Positions 8,556-18,011 of a DNA stretch of 34,868 nt are shown here, in pieces (position 1 is the first letter of the stretch; every line of letters starts with the position of its first letter). The notes beneath the pieces are model-generated. The model was given only the letters and a program-made list of their open reading frames with translations. It was not told the origin of the DNA and did not search any database. The stretch lies in assembly GCA_009783675.1 (NCBI GenBank), contig WRDA01000002.1:1-34868 (forward strand), in the 5' to 3' direction. Made by a program: the position numbers and the translations under genes. Source of the stretch: Symbiobacteriaceae bacterium. GTDB lineage: Bacteria; Bacillota; JAAYKD01; WRDA01.

Positions 8556-9917
8556 ATGATTTTCAACGGTAAAAAGGTTTTGGTTCTCGGAGCGGCTCGT
8601 AGTGGAGTGTCTGCTGCCAAAGTTCTCAAAGAAGCCGGTGCTCAGGTGACAGTCAACGATACGGCTGAGGCAGACAGGTTAACAGCAGATATTGCCGAAC
8701 TTGCAACCGAGGGGATTTCTCTGATCTCCGGTAGCCATCCTCTTTCCCTACTGGAGGATGGGTATGACCTAATCGTAAAGAACCCTGGTATTCCTCCTTC
8801 CATCCCCTTTCTTCAGGAAGCTCGCAACAAAGGGATAACCATCCTTAGCGAAATTGAACTCGCGTATCAGGTGAGTAGAGGCCGTCTGATCGGAATCACC
8901 GCTTCCAATGGGAAGACCACTACGACGACCTGGGTGACAGAGATGCTTAAACGTGATTTTCCCGGAGTCATAATGGCTGGGAATATCGGTATCCCTCTCT
9001 CTTGGGAAGCTGCCAACTGTGAGCAGAATACCTGGCTGGTCGTAGAGCTCTCAAGTTTTCAACTCCATGATATCGATGAGTTCCGTTGTGAGATCGCGGC
9101 GATTCTAAACATTTCCCCTGCTCATCTCGATTGGCATGGAAGCTTCGAGAGTTACATGGCTGCAAAGGAAAACGCAATCATCAACCAGACTCACCATGAC
9201 ACAGCGGTGCTCAATGCAGACAATGAGATTACGCGAGAAATGGCACAGAGAGCTAAAGGCAGAGTCCTGCAGTTTAGTCGCCTCGATGCTGTAGAAAAGG
9301 GAGCTTATATCCGTAATGATGAGATCTGGCTACGCCTGGAGAATCAGGAAACTGCACTTCTGGCTTGCGACGATCTGGGGGTCGCTTATGGGCATAACAT
9401 CGAGAATGCTATGGCGGCTTCTTTAGTTGCTGTTGCTGCCGGGGCAAGATTAGAGAGCATAAGAGATGCTTTGCGGGGATTCAAGGGGTTGGCTCACCGC
9501 TTCCAGGTGGTAGCAGAGCTTAAGGGACGTACCTTTATTAACGACTCCAAAGCAACAAATCCCGGAGCTTCAGAAATTGCTCTTATTCTACCCGGAAAAC
9601 CAATAGTCCTCATAGCTGGCGGTCTGGAGAGAGGAATCGACTTAGCGGGGTTTGCCAAGCAGATCGCTAGATACTGTCGGGGAGTAGTCCTTATCGGTCA
9701 GACCTCGCAGCGTCTGGCCGATGATCTGCGCAGCATCGGGTTTACTAATTATCATATGGCTAAAGATATGGCCGAAGCAGTTCCTCTGTCTTACAGCCAA
9801 TCACATGAAGGGGATGTTATACTACTCTCCACCGGTTGTGCCAGTTGGGATATGTACAGTAACTATGATGTCCGTGGGGATGATTTCATCGCTCAGGTCC
9901 ATAAATTAAGTCGATAA
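8556..9917 (+). CDS. murD: UDP-N-acetylmuramoylalanine--D-glutamate ligase
   Basis: Motifs are MIFNGKKVLVLGAARSG (Rossmann-type N-terminus), GITASNGKTTTT and NDSKATNP. I used the ATG at 8556; the ORF-track start at 8406 lies inside mraY. Confidence 0.9.
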   Translation: MIFNGKKVLVLGAARSGVSAAKVLKEAGAQVTVNDTAEADRLTADIAELATEGISLISGSHPLSLLEDGYDLIVKNPGIPPSIPFLQEARNKGITILSEIELAYQVSRGRLIGITASNGKTTTTTWVTEMLKRDFPGVIMAGNIGIPLSWEAANCEQNTWLVVELSSFQLHDIDEFRCEIAAILNISPAHLDWHGSFESYMAAKENAIINQTHHDTAVLNADNEITREMAQRAKGRVLQFSRLDAVEKGAYIRNDEIWLRLENQETALLACDDLGVAYGHNIENAMAASLVAVAAGARLESIRDALRGFKGLAHRFQVVAELKGRTFINDSKATNPGASEIALILPGKPIVLIAGGLERGIDLAGFAKQIARYCRGVVLIGQTSQRLADDLRSIGFTNYHMAKDMAEAVPLSYSQSHEGDVILLSTGCASWDMYSNYDVRGDDFIAQVHKLSR

Positions 9918-9986
9918 GGTGCAGACGAATAAAACTACCTGCACCCAAAGCATGAGTTAATGATACAAAGAACGAGGAGTGACCGT

Positions 9987-11075
9987 ATGAATAGCAAGCC
10001 ACATCGTCCGGACACGGTTCTTCTCTTTACGACGCTCCTCCTGATGGTAGTCGGTTTAATCATGGTGTTTTCAGCTAGCACTGTCGAAGCAACTCTGATG
10101 CATAACGATCCACTGTTCTTTTTCAAGCGTCAAAGCATCTGGGCTGCGATATCCATTGTACTGCTTATTGCTACAATCCAAATGCCCCTCTCCTGGCTCA
10201 GCTGGATTGCTCCTCTTGGCTATGCGATCAGTCTGGCTGCCTTGGTTGCAGTTCCCTTCATTGGCGTCAGTTTCGGTAAGGGGGCCCGAAGATGGCTCGA
10301 TCTTGGTTTCACTACTGTGATGCCTTCGGAGATGATTAAGCCATTCCTTATCATGGTAGCAGCTCAGCTAATCGAACGTACCGCAGAACAGATAAAAAGG
10401 TTTAGGTATCTTTGTTTTACCGCATTACCGCTAATACCGGTGGTCTTATTGGTAGCGACTCAACCGGATCTTGGCACTACGCTGGTGATTATCGGCGGTT
10501 ATGGCATCATGCTCCTGGCAGCAGGGATGAATCTTATCTATGCCAGCGTCGCTCTGGGAGGAGTCGGTGGTTTTGTTTATCTTTTGACCAATTATTTCGG
10601 TTATCAGAAAGCACGCCTCGAGGTGTGGCGTAACCCGTGGAGTGACCCTCTCGGTGATGGATGGCAGATTATCCAGTCCCGTTATGCCATTGCCTCCGGA
10701 GGCCTGTTGGGCTTGAGCATTGGACACAGTCGCCAGAAGTTTGGCTATCTCCCCGAGCCAATGTCTGACTTCATCTTCGCTGTTATTGCGGAGGAGGCCG
10801 GGTTTATCGGAGCCATCCTGGTCATCACATTGTTTATGCTATTTCTCTGGAGAGGTTCACGGATTGCTCTGAATGCACCGAATACCTTTGCTGCTCTGAC
10901 GGCGACAGGGTTGACCATGATGATTACTTGTCAGGCGCTGATTAACATTGCCGTTGTTACGGCAGCTATTCCTGCAACCGGGATTCCTCTTCCTTTTATC
11001 AGTGCAGGAGGTACTTCCCTTCTGTTTACTGTTTGGTCTTCAGGCATTCTTCTCAATATTTCTCGGTATACTTAG
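9987..11075 (+). CDS. ftsW: SEDS-family peptidoglycan glycosyltransferase FtsW/SpoVE
   Basis: Polytopic membrane protein with QPDLGT, PEPMSDFIFAVIAEE and PLPFISAGGTS motifs, placed between murD and murG. ATG 9987 has a GAGGAG SD 8 nt upstream; ATG 9960 is an alternative start. Confidence 0.85.
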   Translation: MNSKPHRPDTVLLFTTLLLMVVGLIMVFSASTVEATLMHNDPLFFFKRQSIWAAISIVLLIATIQMPLSWLSWIAPLGYAISLAALVAVPFIGVSFGKGARRWLDLGFTTVMPSEMIKPFLIMVAAQLIERTAEQIKRFRYLCFTALPLIPVVLLVATQPDLGTTLVIIGGYGIMLLAAGMNLIYASVALGGVGGFVYLLTNYFGYQKARLEVWRNPWSDPLGDGWQIIQSRYAIASGGLLGLSIGHSRQKFGYLPEPMSDFIFAVIAEEAGFIGAILVITLFMLFLWRGSRIALNAPNTFAALTATGLTMMITCQALINIAVVTAAIPATGIPLPFISAGGTSLLFTVWSSGILLNISRYT

Positions 11076-11095
11076 GCAGTCTGGCAGGTGATGAT

Positions 11096-12205
11096 ATGCG
11101 GGTGATTCTAAGCGGAGGTGGATCTGGTGGACATATCTATCCCGCTTTAGCTATCTACAATGAACTTAAATCAAGACATCCGGAGATGCAGTTTTTATAT
11201 ATAGGGACAGCAAACAGCCTGGAAGCCGATATTGTTCCTCGTGAGGGCATACCTTTTCAGGTTATCACCTCCCGTGGCTTCAAGCGGCGCTTCTCTTTCG
11301 ATACTCTGCGAACAATCGCGGTGGCATCTTCGGGTTTTCTACAGGCTGGGCGGATTATACGCGACTATGCTCCGGATCTGGTAATCGGAACCGGAGGATA
11401 TGTCTCTGGACCCTCAGTTTTACAGGCGGCTCTGTGTAGAATACCCACCATGATCCACGAACAGAACGCATTGCCTAGTCTGACTAACCGATTATTGGCG
11501 CGCTTTGTGAAACATATAGCTCTCAGCTTTCCGGAAGCCAGGGACTTTTTGCCTGGATCCGCCAATATCACAATTACCGGCAATCCGACACGTAGGAGTC
11601 TTCTGCAGCAAGATCACCTGAGAGCTATACAGGAGCTAAGACTAGATCCAGACAAATTTACCGTTCTTTTCGTCCAGGGTAGCCTAGGATCGGCAACAGT
11701 CAACAAAGTCATCTGCCAGACCTTATCTCGAATACTTTTTCGTGGAGATACTCAGATTCTCTTCGTAACCGGTCACTCTCACTTTGCTATGGTGCAAGGG
11801 ATTGTTGATGAACAATCCTTAACCGATGCTACCGATCTGCATCTTCATGCATATCTTTACGATGTAGGCCTTGGACTTAGCGTCGCAGATCTTATTGTAT
11901 CGCGAGCCGGAGGTATGATGGCGGAAATCAACTTGCTTGGTATACCCGCAATTTATATTCCTTCTCCTTTTGTGGCTGACAACCACCAGGAATACAATGC
12001 CAGGGCAGTTGAAAATTATGGAGCCGCGGCAGTTATTCGCGAAAAAGAATTAAACCCTGAAACGCTGTACGAACAGATAGCGGCTTTACTGGACCATCCT
12101 GAGAGTCTGAAGAGTATGAGCTCTCAAGCACTAAGCCTGGCCAAACCAGGAGCTGCAGCAGCATTGGCAGATATAGCAGAGTCATTGATGGGCCTTAATT
12201 TGTAA
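11096..12205 (+). CDS. murG: UDP-N-acetylglucosamine--N-acetylmuramyl-(pentapeptide) pyrophosphoryl-undecaprenol GlcNAc transferase
   Basis: The product starts MRVILSGGGSGGHIYPALAI and carries HEQN and a C-terminal GT28 region (SRAGGMMAEINLLGIPAIYIP). I used the start at 11096; the ORF-track start at 11033 overlaps ftsW. Confidence 0.9.
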   Translation: MRVILSGGGSGGHIYPALAIYNELKSRHPEMQFLYIGTANSLEADIVPREGIPFQVITSRGFKRRFSFDTLRTIAVASSGFLQAGRIIRDYAPDLVIGTGGYVSGPSVLQAALCRIPTMIHEQNALPSLTNRLLARFVKHIALSFPEARDFLPGSANITITGNPTRRSLLQQDHLRAIQELRLDPDKFTVLFVQGSLGSATVNKVICQTLSRILFRGDTQILFVTGHSHFAMVQGIVDEQSLTDATDLHLHAYLYDVGLGLSVADLIVSRAGGMMAEINLLGIPAIYIPSPFVADNHQEYNARAVENYGAAAVIREKELNPETLYEQIAALLDHPESLKSMSSQALSLAKPGAAAALADIAESLMGLNL

Positions 12206-12258
12206 GACAGTATCACAGGTAAGCAATTAACAGCATCGACAGGAAGGTGAAATGCAAC

Positions 12259-13662
12259 ATGATGCTCACGCAGGGGTGCAGAGTACATTTTATAGGTATC
12301 GGTGGCATAAGTATGAGTGCTTTGGCCAGCATTCTACTCGACCGTGGTTATGTCATAAGTGGCTCGGATAGTACACCGAATAACCTAACAGAGGCCCTGC
12401 AATCCCGAGGAGCTACCATTTACATCGGTCAGTCAGCATCAAATTGCCATGACGCAGATATAGCAGTCTTTTCCAGCGCTATTCGATCTGACAACCCCGA
12501 ACGAGTTGCCGCAGTGAATCTTGGAATCCCTCTTTGGCATCGGTCAGATCTACTCAGTGTTATCTGCGATACAGGTGCTAGTATAGGTATATCAGGATCC
12601 CACGGAAAGACGACTACCAGCTCGATGTTGGCAGCGATCCTCCTCAAAACAGGCATGGACCCAACCTTGATCTTAGGGGGGGAGATGCCACTGATCGGCA
12701 GCAATGCACGCAACGGTACAGATTACGTACTCGCCGAAGTTGACGAGAGCGATGGTTCATTTACCAAGTTGGCCCTTAACCATATCATAGTTACTAATGT
12801 CGATAACGATCATCTCGATCACTATCAAACTTCAGACAAGTTACTGGATGCATTTAGCATCTTTTGTCGGCAAACCAAAGACCCTGGTAGCATAATATTA
12901 GGTGTCGACAGCCCACATAGCCAGGAACTTCTGAGCATGCTACGGCTGATGGGTAGGGAAGTGATTACCTGTTCGCTCACTGGCCCCGGAGATATGAGGG
13001 CCGCGAATATTACATATAACAATGGTGGATCGTGCTTTGACCTGCTCTGGAAGGATAGCAACCTTGGCTCAGTTAAACTTAATGTCCCGGGTGACTATAA
13101 TATCAGAAACGCCTTGTGCAGCGCTGCCCTGGCCTTGTCTCTTGGAATCCGCTTTCCGGAAATCACAGCGGCTCTGAATGAATTTCAGGGAGCGGCAAGG
13201 AGATTCGAACATGCCTGTACTAGATGCGATGTTGATGTGTACAATGACTATGCTCATCATCCCACCGAGATCCAAGCCTGCCTGTCCGCCGCGCGGCAAT
13301 TGCATCCCTGTCGTCTGGTAGTTGTCTTTCAACCCCACCTCTACTCCAGGACTCAGATCTTGTTAAATGAGTTCGCTCAGTCATTTGGTGAGGCCGACCT
13401 CTTGATCCTGACCGATATCTATCCGGCAAGAGAGGATCCCATCGAAGGTGTTGACGGCTTACTACTCTTTTCCGCAGTAGGAGAGTATCTACCCACAGAG
13501 AAAATGCATTATGTTGCGCAACTCGACCAATTACCTGACTATATCCTCGGTCAGTTAGAGGCAGGAGACCTGATCCTTCTATTAGGAGCAGGAAGCATAA
13601 ACCGTGTTTCTGCAGAGCTGTGTCAGAAGCTGCAGAAAGAGAGCAGGGAGGTAGGTTCATAA
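12259..13662 (+). CDS. murC: UDP-N-acetylmuramate--L-alanine ligase
   Basis: Motifs are HFIGIGGISMSALA, GISGSHGKTTTSSM and NDYAHHPTEI. ATG 12259 follows a GGAAGGTG SD; the ORF-track GTG at 12247 overlaps that SD. Confidence 0.9.
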   Translation: MMLTQGCRVHFIGIGGISMSALASILLDRGYVISGSDSTPNNLTEALQSRGATIYIGQSASNCHDADIAVFSSAIRSDNPERVAAVNLGIPLWHRSDLLSVICDTGASIGISGSHGKTTTSSMLAAILLKTGMDPTLILGGEMPLIGSNARNGTDYVLAEVDESDGSFTKLALNHIIVTNVDNDHLDHYQTSDKLLDAFSIFCRQTKDPGSIILGVDSPHSQELLSMLRLMGREVITCSLTGPGDMRAANITYNNGGSCFDLLWKDSNLGSVKLNVPGDYNIRNALCSAALALSLGIRFPEITAALNEFQGAARRFEHACTRCDVDVYNDYAHHPTEIQACLSAARQLHPCRLVVVFQPHLYSRTQILLNEFAQSFGEADLLILTDIYPAREDPIEGVDGLLLFSAVGEYLPTEKMHYVAQLDQLPDYILGQLEAGDLILLLGAGSINRVSAELCQKLQKESREVGS

Positions 13663-14601
13663 TTGCCTGGGATGATCGCCGTTCTAACAGGATGCTCTTC
13701 AGAACATGAGATTTCCCTGAAGACAGCTGCGCTAGTCTCCGCAGCACTACAGGAAAACGGTTACGCTGTTACCGAGTTAGAGATAGGACCTATGGTCGCA
13801 GGTGAGTTACTGACACTTCGCCCTGATGCCGTCTTTATCGCATCTCACGGTCGTTTCGGCGAAGACGGTACCATTCAGGGTCTCCTGGAGATACTAGGCA
13901 TACCCTATGTCGGTTCAGCAACACTGGCCAGTGCTCTGGCTTTGCATAAGGGTTTGTCCAAGTCCCTTTTCCGTCAAAACGGACTACCTACGCCACCAGC
14001 CTGGCAGTTCTCCTTTGGCGAAAGATGGACAAGTAAACTACAACCGCTATATGATCATCTCCTAACGAGAGGGGCATTAATCGTAAAACCAACTCAACAA
14101 GGATCAACCATTGGGCTGAGCATCGTCAGAGAAGGTGAGGAGTTAAGTCCTTCCATAAAAAAAGCTTTCGTATACGATGACAGCATTCTGATAGAACAGA
14201 AGATCGAGGGTACTGAGCTTGCGGTGGGGGTCCTCGGCGATGTCGAACCGTATGCTTTACCTTGTATCGAAATCGTATCGAAAAACGAAATCTACGACTA
14301 TGAAGCTAAATATACCCCTGGTATGTCTGAACACATTATTCCCCCTCGCATCGATCCCCAGATTTCTGAAAAAGCTATGTGTATGGCTTTGCAGGCCCAC
14401 TTGGCTCTGGGTTGCCGTGACATCTCCCGCAGTGATATCATCGCGGATCATGATGGCTGCTGTTGGTTGCTCGAGGTAAACACACTTCCAGGGATGACTG
14501 AAACCAGCCTTGTTCCAGATGCAGCCAAGGCTGCAGGTATCTCTTACTCTCAGTTGATAGACAAGCTGATTACCATGGCTTTAGCCAGGAGGAAGAGGTG
14601 A
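13663..14601 (+). CDS. ddl: D-alanine--D-alanine ligase
   Basis: 312 aa. The N-terminus (IAVLTGCSSEHEISLKTA), the ATP-grasp region and the C-terminal LEVNTLPGMT motif fit Ddl. The TTG at 13663 directly abuts the murC stop; ATG 13672 is an alternative start. Confidence 0.9.
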   Translation: MPGMIAVLTGCSSEHEISLKTAALVSAALQENGYAVTELEIGPMVAGELLTLRPDAVFIASHGRFGEDGTIQGLLEILGIPYVGSATLASALALHKGLSKSLFRQNGLPTPPAWQFSFGERWTSKLQPLYDHLLTRGALIVKPTQQGSTIGLSIVREGEELSPSIKKAFVYDDSILIEQKIEGTELAVGVLGDVEPYALPCIEIVSKNEIYDYEAKYTPGMSEHIIPPRIDPQISEKAMCMALQAHLALGCRDISRSDIIADHDGCCWLLEVNTLPGMTETSLVPDAAKAAGISYSQLIDKLITMALARRKR

Positions 14602-14605
14602 AAGG

Positions 14606-15421
14606 GTGCGCAAATGGCTGCTGCTTTTTCTTTTCTTTCTGCTTTGTTCCTTGACTGGCTGGTGGATACAGGGTTCACCTTCTTTCCGTGTCTCCTCTTT
14701 CGGCATCATTGGAGTACAGAGCCTTAGTAAAGCAGAGATTGTTCAACAGTTGGGAGAGATTGAGGGCAGGCACATTCTCTTGGTAATGCTAAACAGGCCA
14801 GCAGATCGACTACTACTTCATCCCAGGGTTAAGGAAGCAAGGGTAGCGTTTCATTATCCCTCACATCTTCAGGTTGAAATTACCGAGAGAACACCAATTG
14901 CTCTAATACCTTACTATAACCATTTCCTGGTTGTTGACGAAGAGGGAAGAGTCCTCGATCTGCTGACGAGTATATCATCCCGCACCAGCTCACTACCATT
15001 GGTGACCGGCTTGAATCTGCCTTTACTCAGTGTGGGAGAGACGGTTACGGTAACGCCAAACTTTCTAGCGGCAGTCAGGGTCATTTTGCATCTGGATCCT
15101 CAGGTCTTACTGCAAACAGTCGAAATAGATGTCAGCTCTGCGCTTCAGGTAATCTTGCGTTCCAGTGATAATATCACCATCGATGTCGGAGAAGGGCATA
15201 GCCTCAATGGTATGAGCAGTAATTTACTGCTTCTTCTGGAGTACCTGAGGGGAGAGCAGTCCTTCGAAGGTCAGATCCTGATGGAAGACGGAGTCTTCGT
15301 CTATTGCGCACCTCCCAGAGTCGCAGAGGATACGGATGCAAACGAAATGATCGAGGAAGCTTGGCAATCTGAACCGGAGGAAGACTTATCCGAAGAAGAG
15401 GATAGCGACCCCGGTGAATGA
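14606..15421 (+). CDS. ftsQ: FtsQ/DivIB-type cell division protein (POTRA domain)
   Basis: GTG start 7 nt after an AGGAGGAAGAGG SD. There is one N-terminal transmembrane helix, then a POTRA-like region (FRVSSFGIIGVQSLSKAEIV...HPRVKEARVAFHYPSHLQVEITER). It sits between ddl and ftsA and ends in a strongly acidic tail. Confidence 0.7.
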   Translation: MRKWLLLFLFFLLCSLTGWWIQGSPSFRVSSFGIIGVQSLSKAEIVQQLGEIEGRHILLVMLNRPADRLLLHPRVKEARVAFHYPSHLQVEITERTPIALIPYYNHFLVVDEEGRVLDLLTSISSRTSSLPLVTGLNLPLLSVGETVTVTPNFLAAVRVILHLDPQVLLQTVEIDVSSALQVILRSSDNITIDVGEGHSLNGMSSNLLLLLEYLRGEQSFEGQILMEDGVFVYCAPPRVAEDTDANEMIEEAWQSEPEEDLSEEEDSDPGE

Positions 15422-15443
15422 TGATGATGGAGGGAGAGCTATC

Positions 15444-16586
15444 GTGCCTGAGGGGAAAGTTGTAGCTTGTCTCGATATTGGCAAATCGATGACCCATATA
15501 ATGGTAGGTCGCTTGGGGGAGAAGGGTTCAGAACCTCAGGTAATAAAAGCCTTCCTAGCACCCAGCTCCGGATACAACAAGGGAACCCTCGTCGATGGTT
15601 GGCAGTTAACCGAAGCTATTCGACATGCAGTTAAACGTGCGGAAGACGAACTTGACGAGAGTATTGCAGGTTTTTATCTTGGAGTGGATGCGGAACTGAC
15701 CAATCTTAGAGAGGTACAGGCGCTAACTCATTTTGCCTCTCCAACGCACATGATCACACAAGACGACACCCTCGCCCTCCTGAAGAAGCTTCATGATACT
15801 GAGGAAGTTTCCACATCCCAGTACATCGATATCTTCCCAGTGATCTTCTCTCTGGACAATGATCGTACGACTCGCGAACCTGAGGGCCAGCAAAGTTCAT
15901 TTTTGAGTGTCAGAGGGTTTATGATGCAGCGTCGTAGCGATTATCTTTTGCAGATCCTGCGTTGTATTAAGTATGCCAGAATAAAAATCGATGGTTTAAT
16001 TCATGTTGGTCTGGCTGTGGGAGAGGTTTTTCTCAGTGAAGAAGAACGCCTTAGCGAAACAATCATCCTCGATATGGGAGCTGAGAGTTGTAAGTTCTAC
16101 TGTTTCAGAGCCGGCTTTATGCAAGCGGAGCTTTACCTGCCTTTCGGGGGTCGTACTTTCAGCCAGGATATTGAAACCGTCCTTAAGTGCAAGGCTGTTA
16201 TTGCCGAGCAACTAAAGTACCTATATGGTTTTTCATTTTCCGCTCCTTACCTTCTGGATGAAACTACTGACCAACAAGGGGATCATTCTGATGAGACCCC
16301 TAATTATGAAGGGTTGGTTAAAGATCAAATCGTCCCTGAGATTCTACAAGCGAGACTGGATGACATTCTGAGACTGGCGATGCTTAATCTCAGCTCTGAC
16401 GGGATCTCCTCGCAGAAATGCATTCTGAAACTTATGGGAGGAGAGGCTTCTGTAAACGGGCTGGAGAACTATCTGCGAGCTTCCTGGGACTCTGAGGTGG
16501 ACCTAATCCATCCTCCTTTATCCTATGTTGCTCTACCCGCTTTCACTGGAGTTTATGCTATGCTATATTACTTGCAACATATATGA
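15444..16586 (+). CDS. ftsA: divergent FtsA-like actin-fold cell division protein
   Basis: It lies immediately upstream of ftsZ. The N-terminus VVACLDIGKS and the motifs ILDMGAESCKF, LPFGGRTFSQDIE and LMGGEASVNGLENYL line up with FtsA phosphate and adenosine motifs but are degenerate. GTG 15444 is 10 nt after a GGAGG; the ORF-track GTG at 15414 is an alternative start. Confidence 0.65.
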   Translation: MPEGKVVACLDIGKSMTHIMVGRLGEKGSEPQVIKAFLAPSSGYNKGTLVDGWQLTEAIRHAVKRAEDELDESIAGFYLGVDAELTNLREVQALTHFASPTHMITQDDTLALLKKLHDTEEVSTSQYIDIFPVIFSLDNDRTTREPEGQQSSFLSVRGFMMQRRSDYLLQILRCIKYARIKIDGLIHVGLAVGEVFLSEEERLSETIILDMGAESCKFYCFRAGFMQAELYLPFGGRTFSQDIETVLKCKAVIAEQLKYLYGFSFSAPYLLDETTDQQGDHSDETPNYEGLVKDQIVPEILQARLDDILRLAMLNLSSDGISSQKCILKLMGGEASVNGLENYLRASWDSEVDLIHPPLSYVALPAFTGVYAMLYYLQHI

Positions 16587-16731
16587 TTACAGTTTATCTG
16601 CTGTAGACCCCTGAGGCGAAGGAATCCAGCAAGTGGACAGCGAACTAGTGCCCAGTGAAGCCATGTGGTATCAGGTTATCTGCCAGGAGTCAGGAAGTAG
16701 ACTAAGAAACGACAGAGAAAGGATGCTTATC

Positions 16732-17814
16732 ATGCTTGAAATCCAGACTGAAATGGAGCAATTTGCCAGGATTAAGGTCGTGGGGGTTGGAGGCGGCGGG
16801 AGCAACGCCGTCGACCGTATGGTGGCATCGAATCTCAAAGGCGTCGAGTTTATTGCGATCAACACCGACATACAGGTCCTGCAACACTCTCTTGCTGATC
16901 ATACATTACAAATCGGTATTAAGCTGACTCGCGGTTTGGGAGCAGGAGGAAACCCTGAGATCGGACTCAAGGCTGCCGAAGAGAGTCGAGATGAAATAAG
17001 TCGTCTGCTTAAGGGAGCCGATATGGTTTTCGTTACCGCCGGTGAAGGCGGTGGAACTGGCACTGGAGCAGCTGCAGTCGTAGCCGAGGTTGCCAAAGAA
17101 ATGGGCGCACTGACCATAGCAGTAGTCACGAAACCTTTCATCTTCGAGGGTCGTAAACGTTCCGAAAAAGCTGAGACAGGCATTGCTCAGCTCCGGGAAA
17201 AAGTGGATGCCTTGATTACCATCCCTAACGATCGTCTTTCGTCAATGATCGATAAGCAGACATCAATTCTGGATGCTTTTAAGCTGGTTGACGATGTTTT
17301 ACGACAGGGAGTCCAAGGTATTTCTGATCTGATTACCGTTCCCGGCGTTATCAACCTGGACTTTGCTGATGTCAGATCGATAATGGAAGATGCGGGATCT
17401 GCGATTATGGGCATAGGATATGGACAGGGAGAAGGCCGAGCTGTTCAAGCTGCTACTTCTGCAATCGCCAGCCAACTCCTGGAAACACCGATGTCCGGCG
17501 CCAGGGGAGTGCTGTTCAATGTAGCTGGGGGAGTGGACCTGACCTTGCATGAGGTCCAGGAAGCTGCCGATATTATTATGAAAGAGGTAGCACCTGACGC
17601 GAATATAATCTGGGGCACATCCATTGACGACAAACTGAAGGAACAGATTCGCATAACAGTGGTTGCCACAGGCTTCGACCAGAGATCTCCAAGCCCTCAT
17701 TTTGATCGTAATCAGGATATCAGGGATCCCCACCTGTTGAACCCTCTTCTGCCCCCTCAGCGTTCAACTACTCCCACACCTGACATCCCTCCCTTTTTGC
17801 AACGTAAAAGCTGA
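16732..17814 (+). CDS. ftsZ: cell division GTPase FtsZ
   Basis: The product [43 protein letters not shown] is near-identical in pattern to canonical FtsZ. The C-terminal peptide [10 protein letters not shown] is present. The start at 16732 is supported by N-terminal alignment; the ORF-track start at 16633 is an upstream extension. Confidence 0.95.
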   Translation: MLEIQTEMEQFARIKVVGVGGGGSNAVDRMVASNLKGVEFIAINTDIQVLQHSLADHTLQIGIKLTRGLGAGGNPEIGLKAAEESRDEISRLLKGADMVFVTAGEGGGTGTGAAAVVAEVAKEMGALTIAVVTKPFIFEGRKRSEKAETGIAQLREKVDALITIPNDRLSSMIDKQTSILDAFKLVDDVLRQGVQGISDLITVPGVINLDFADVRSIMEDAGSAIMGIGYGQGEGRAVQAATSAIASQLLETPMSGARGVLFNVAGGVDLTLHEVQEAADIIMKEVAPDANIIWGTSIDDKLKEQIRITVVATGFDQRSPSPHFDRNQDIRDPHLLNPLLPPQRSTTPTPDIPPFLQRKS

Positions 17815-17837
17815 TTATTGACTGATCAGAATTTGCT

Positions 17838-17890
17838 CTGGAAGACCTCTCAATCGTTTTTTTAGCGAGGGCGTCTTCCAGGGCATTTTA
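17838..17890 (+). terminator. candidate terminator hairpin after ftsZ
   Basis: A 9-bp stem, ctggaagac (17838-17846) with gtcttccag (17873-17881), has a long 26-nt loop and is followed by gcatttta. The geometry is weak. Confidence 0.35.
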
Positions 17891-18011
17891 TATCGTGTTC
17901 CTCCCTGGATATGCTGATAAGCATTTTTAACCCGAGAGTAATGAGACGCAGGAGAAATATACCCTATGAAGCGAAATATATATCAGATCTCAAAACAAGG
18001 AGAGAATAAGT

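Noticed and set aside
13220-13747. 175-aa minus-strand ORF overlapping murC and ddl. Similar long antisense ORFs occur at 17299-17733, 19032-19478, 25457-25858 and 31580-31981.
   Set aside because: Each lies entirely antisense to a confidently identified, motif-rich gene. None has an SD, and all have a low-complexity, Arg/Ser/Pro-rich composition typical of shadow ORFs in ~50% GC DNA.
16633-16731. N-terminal extensions offered by the ORF track for ftsZ (16633). The same applies to murD (8406), murG (11033), rsmH (4778), the LiaX-like gene (27862) and murC (12247).
   Set aside because: Alignment to the conserved N-termini of these families, and the positions of SD sequences, point to the internal starts. 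The extensions overlap upstream genes or lack an SD.
17882-18011. A riboswitch, leader or small ORF (MRRRRNIPYEAKYISDLKTRRE) upstream of the M20 gene.
   Set aside because: The region is too short and I recognise no conserved riboswitch core. The 22-codon ORF has no SD and no supporting features.
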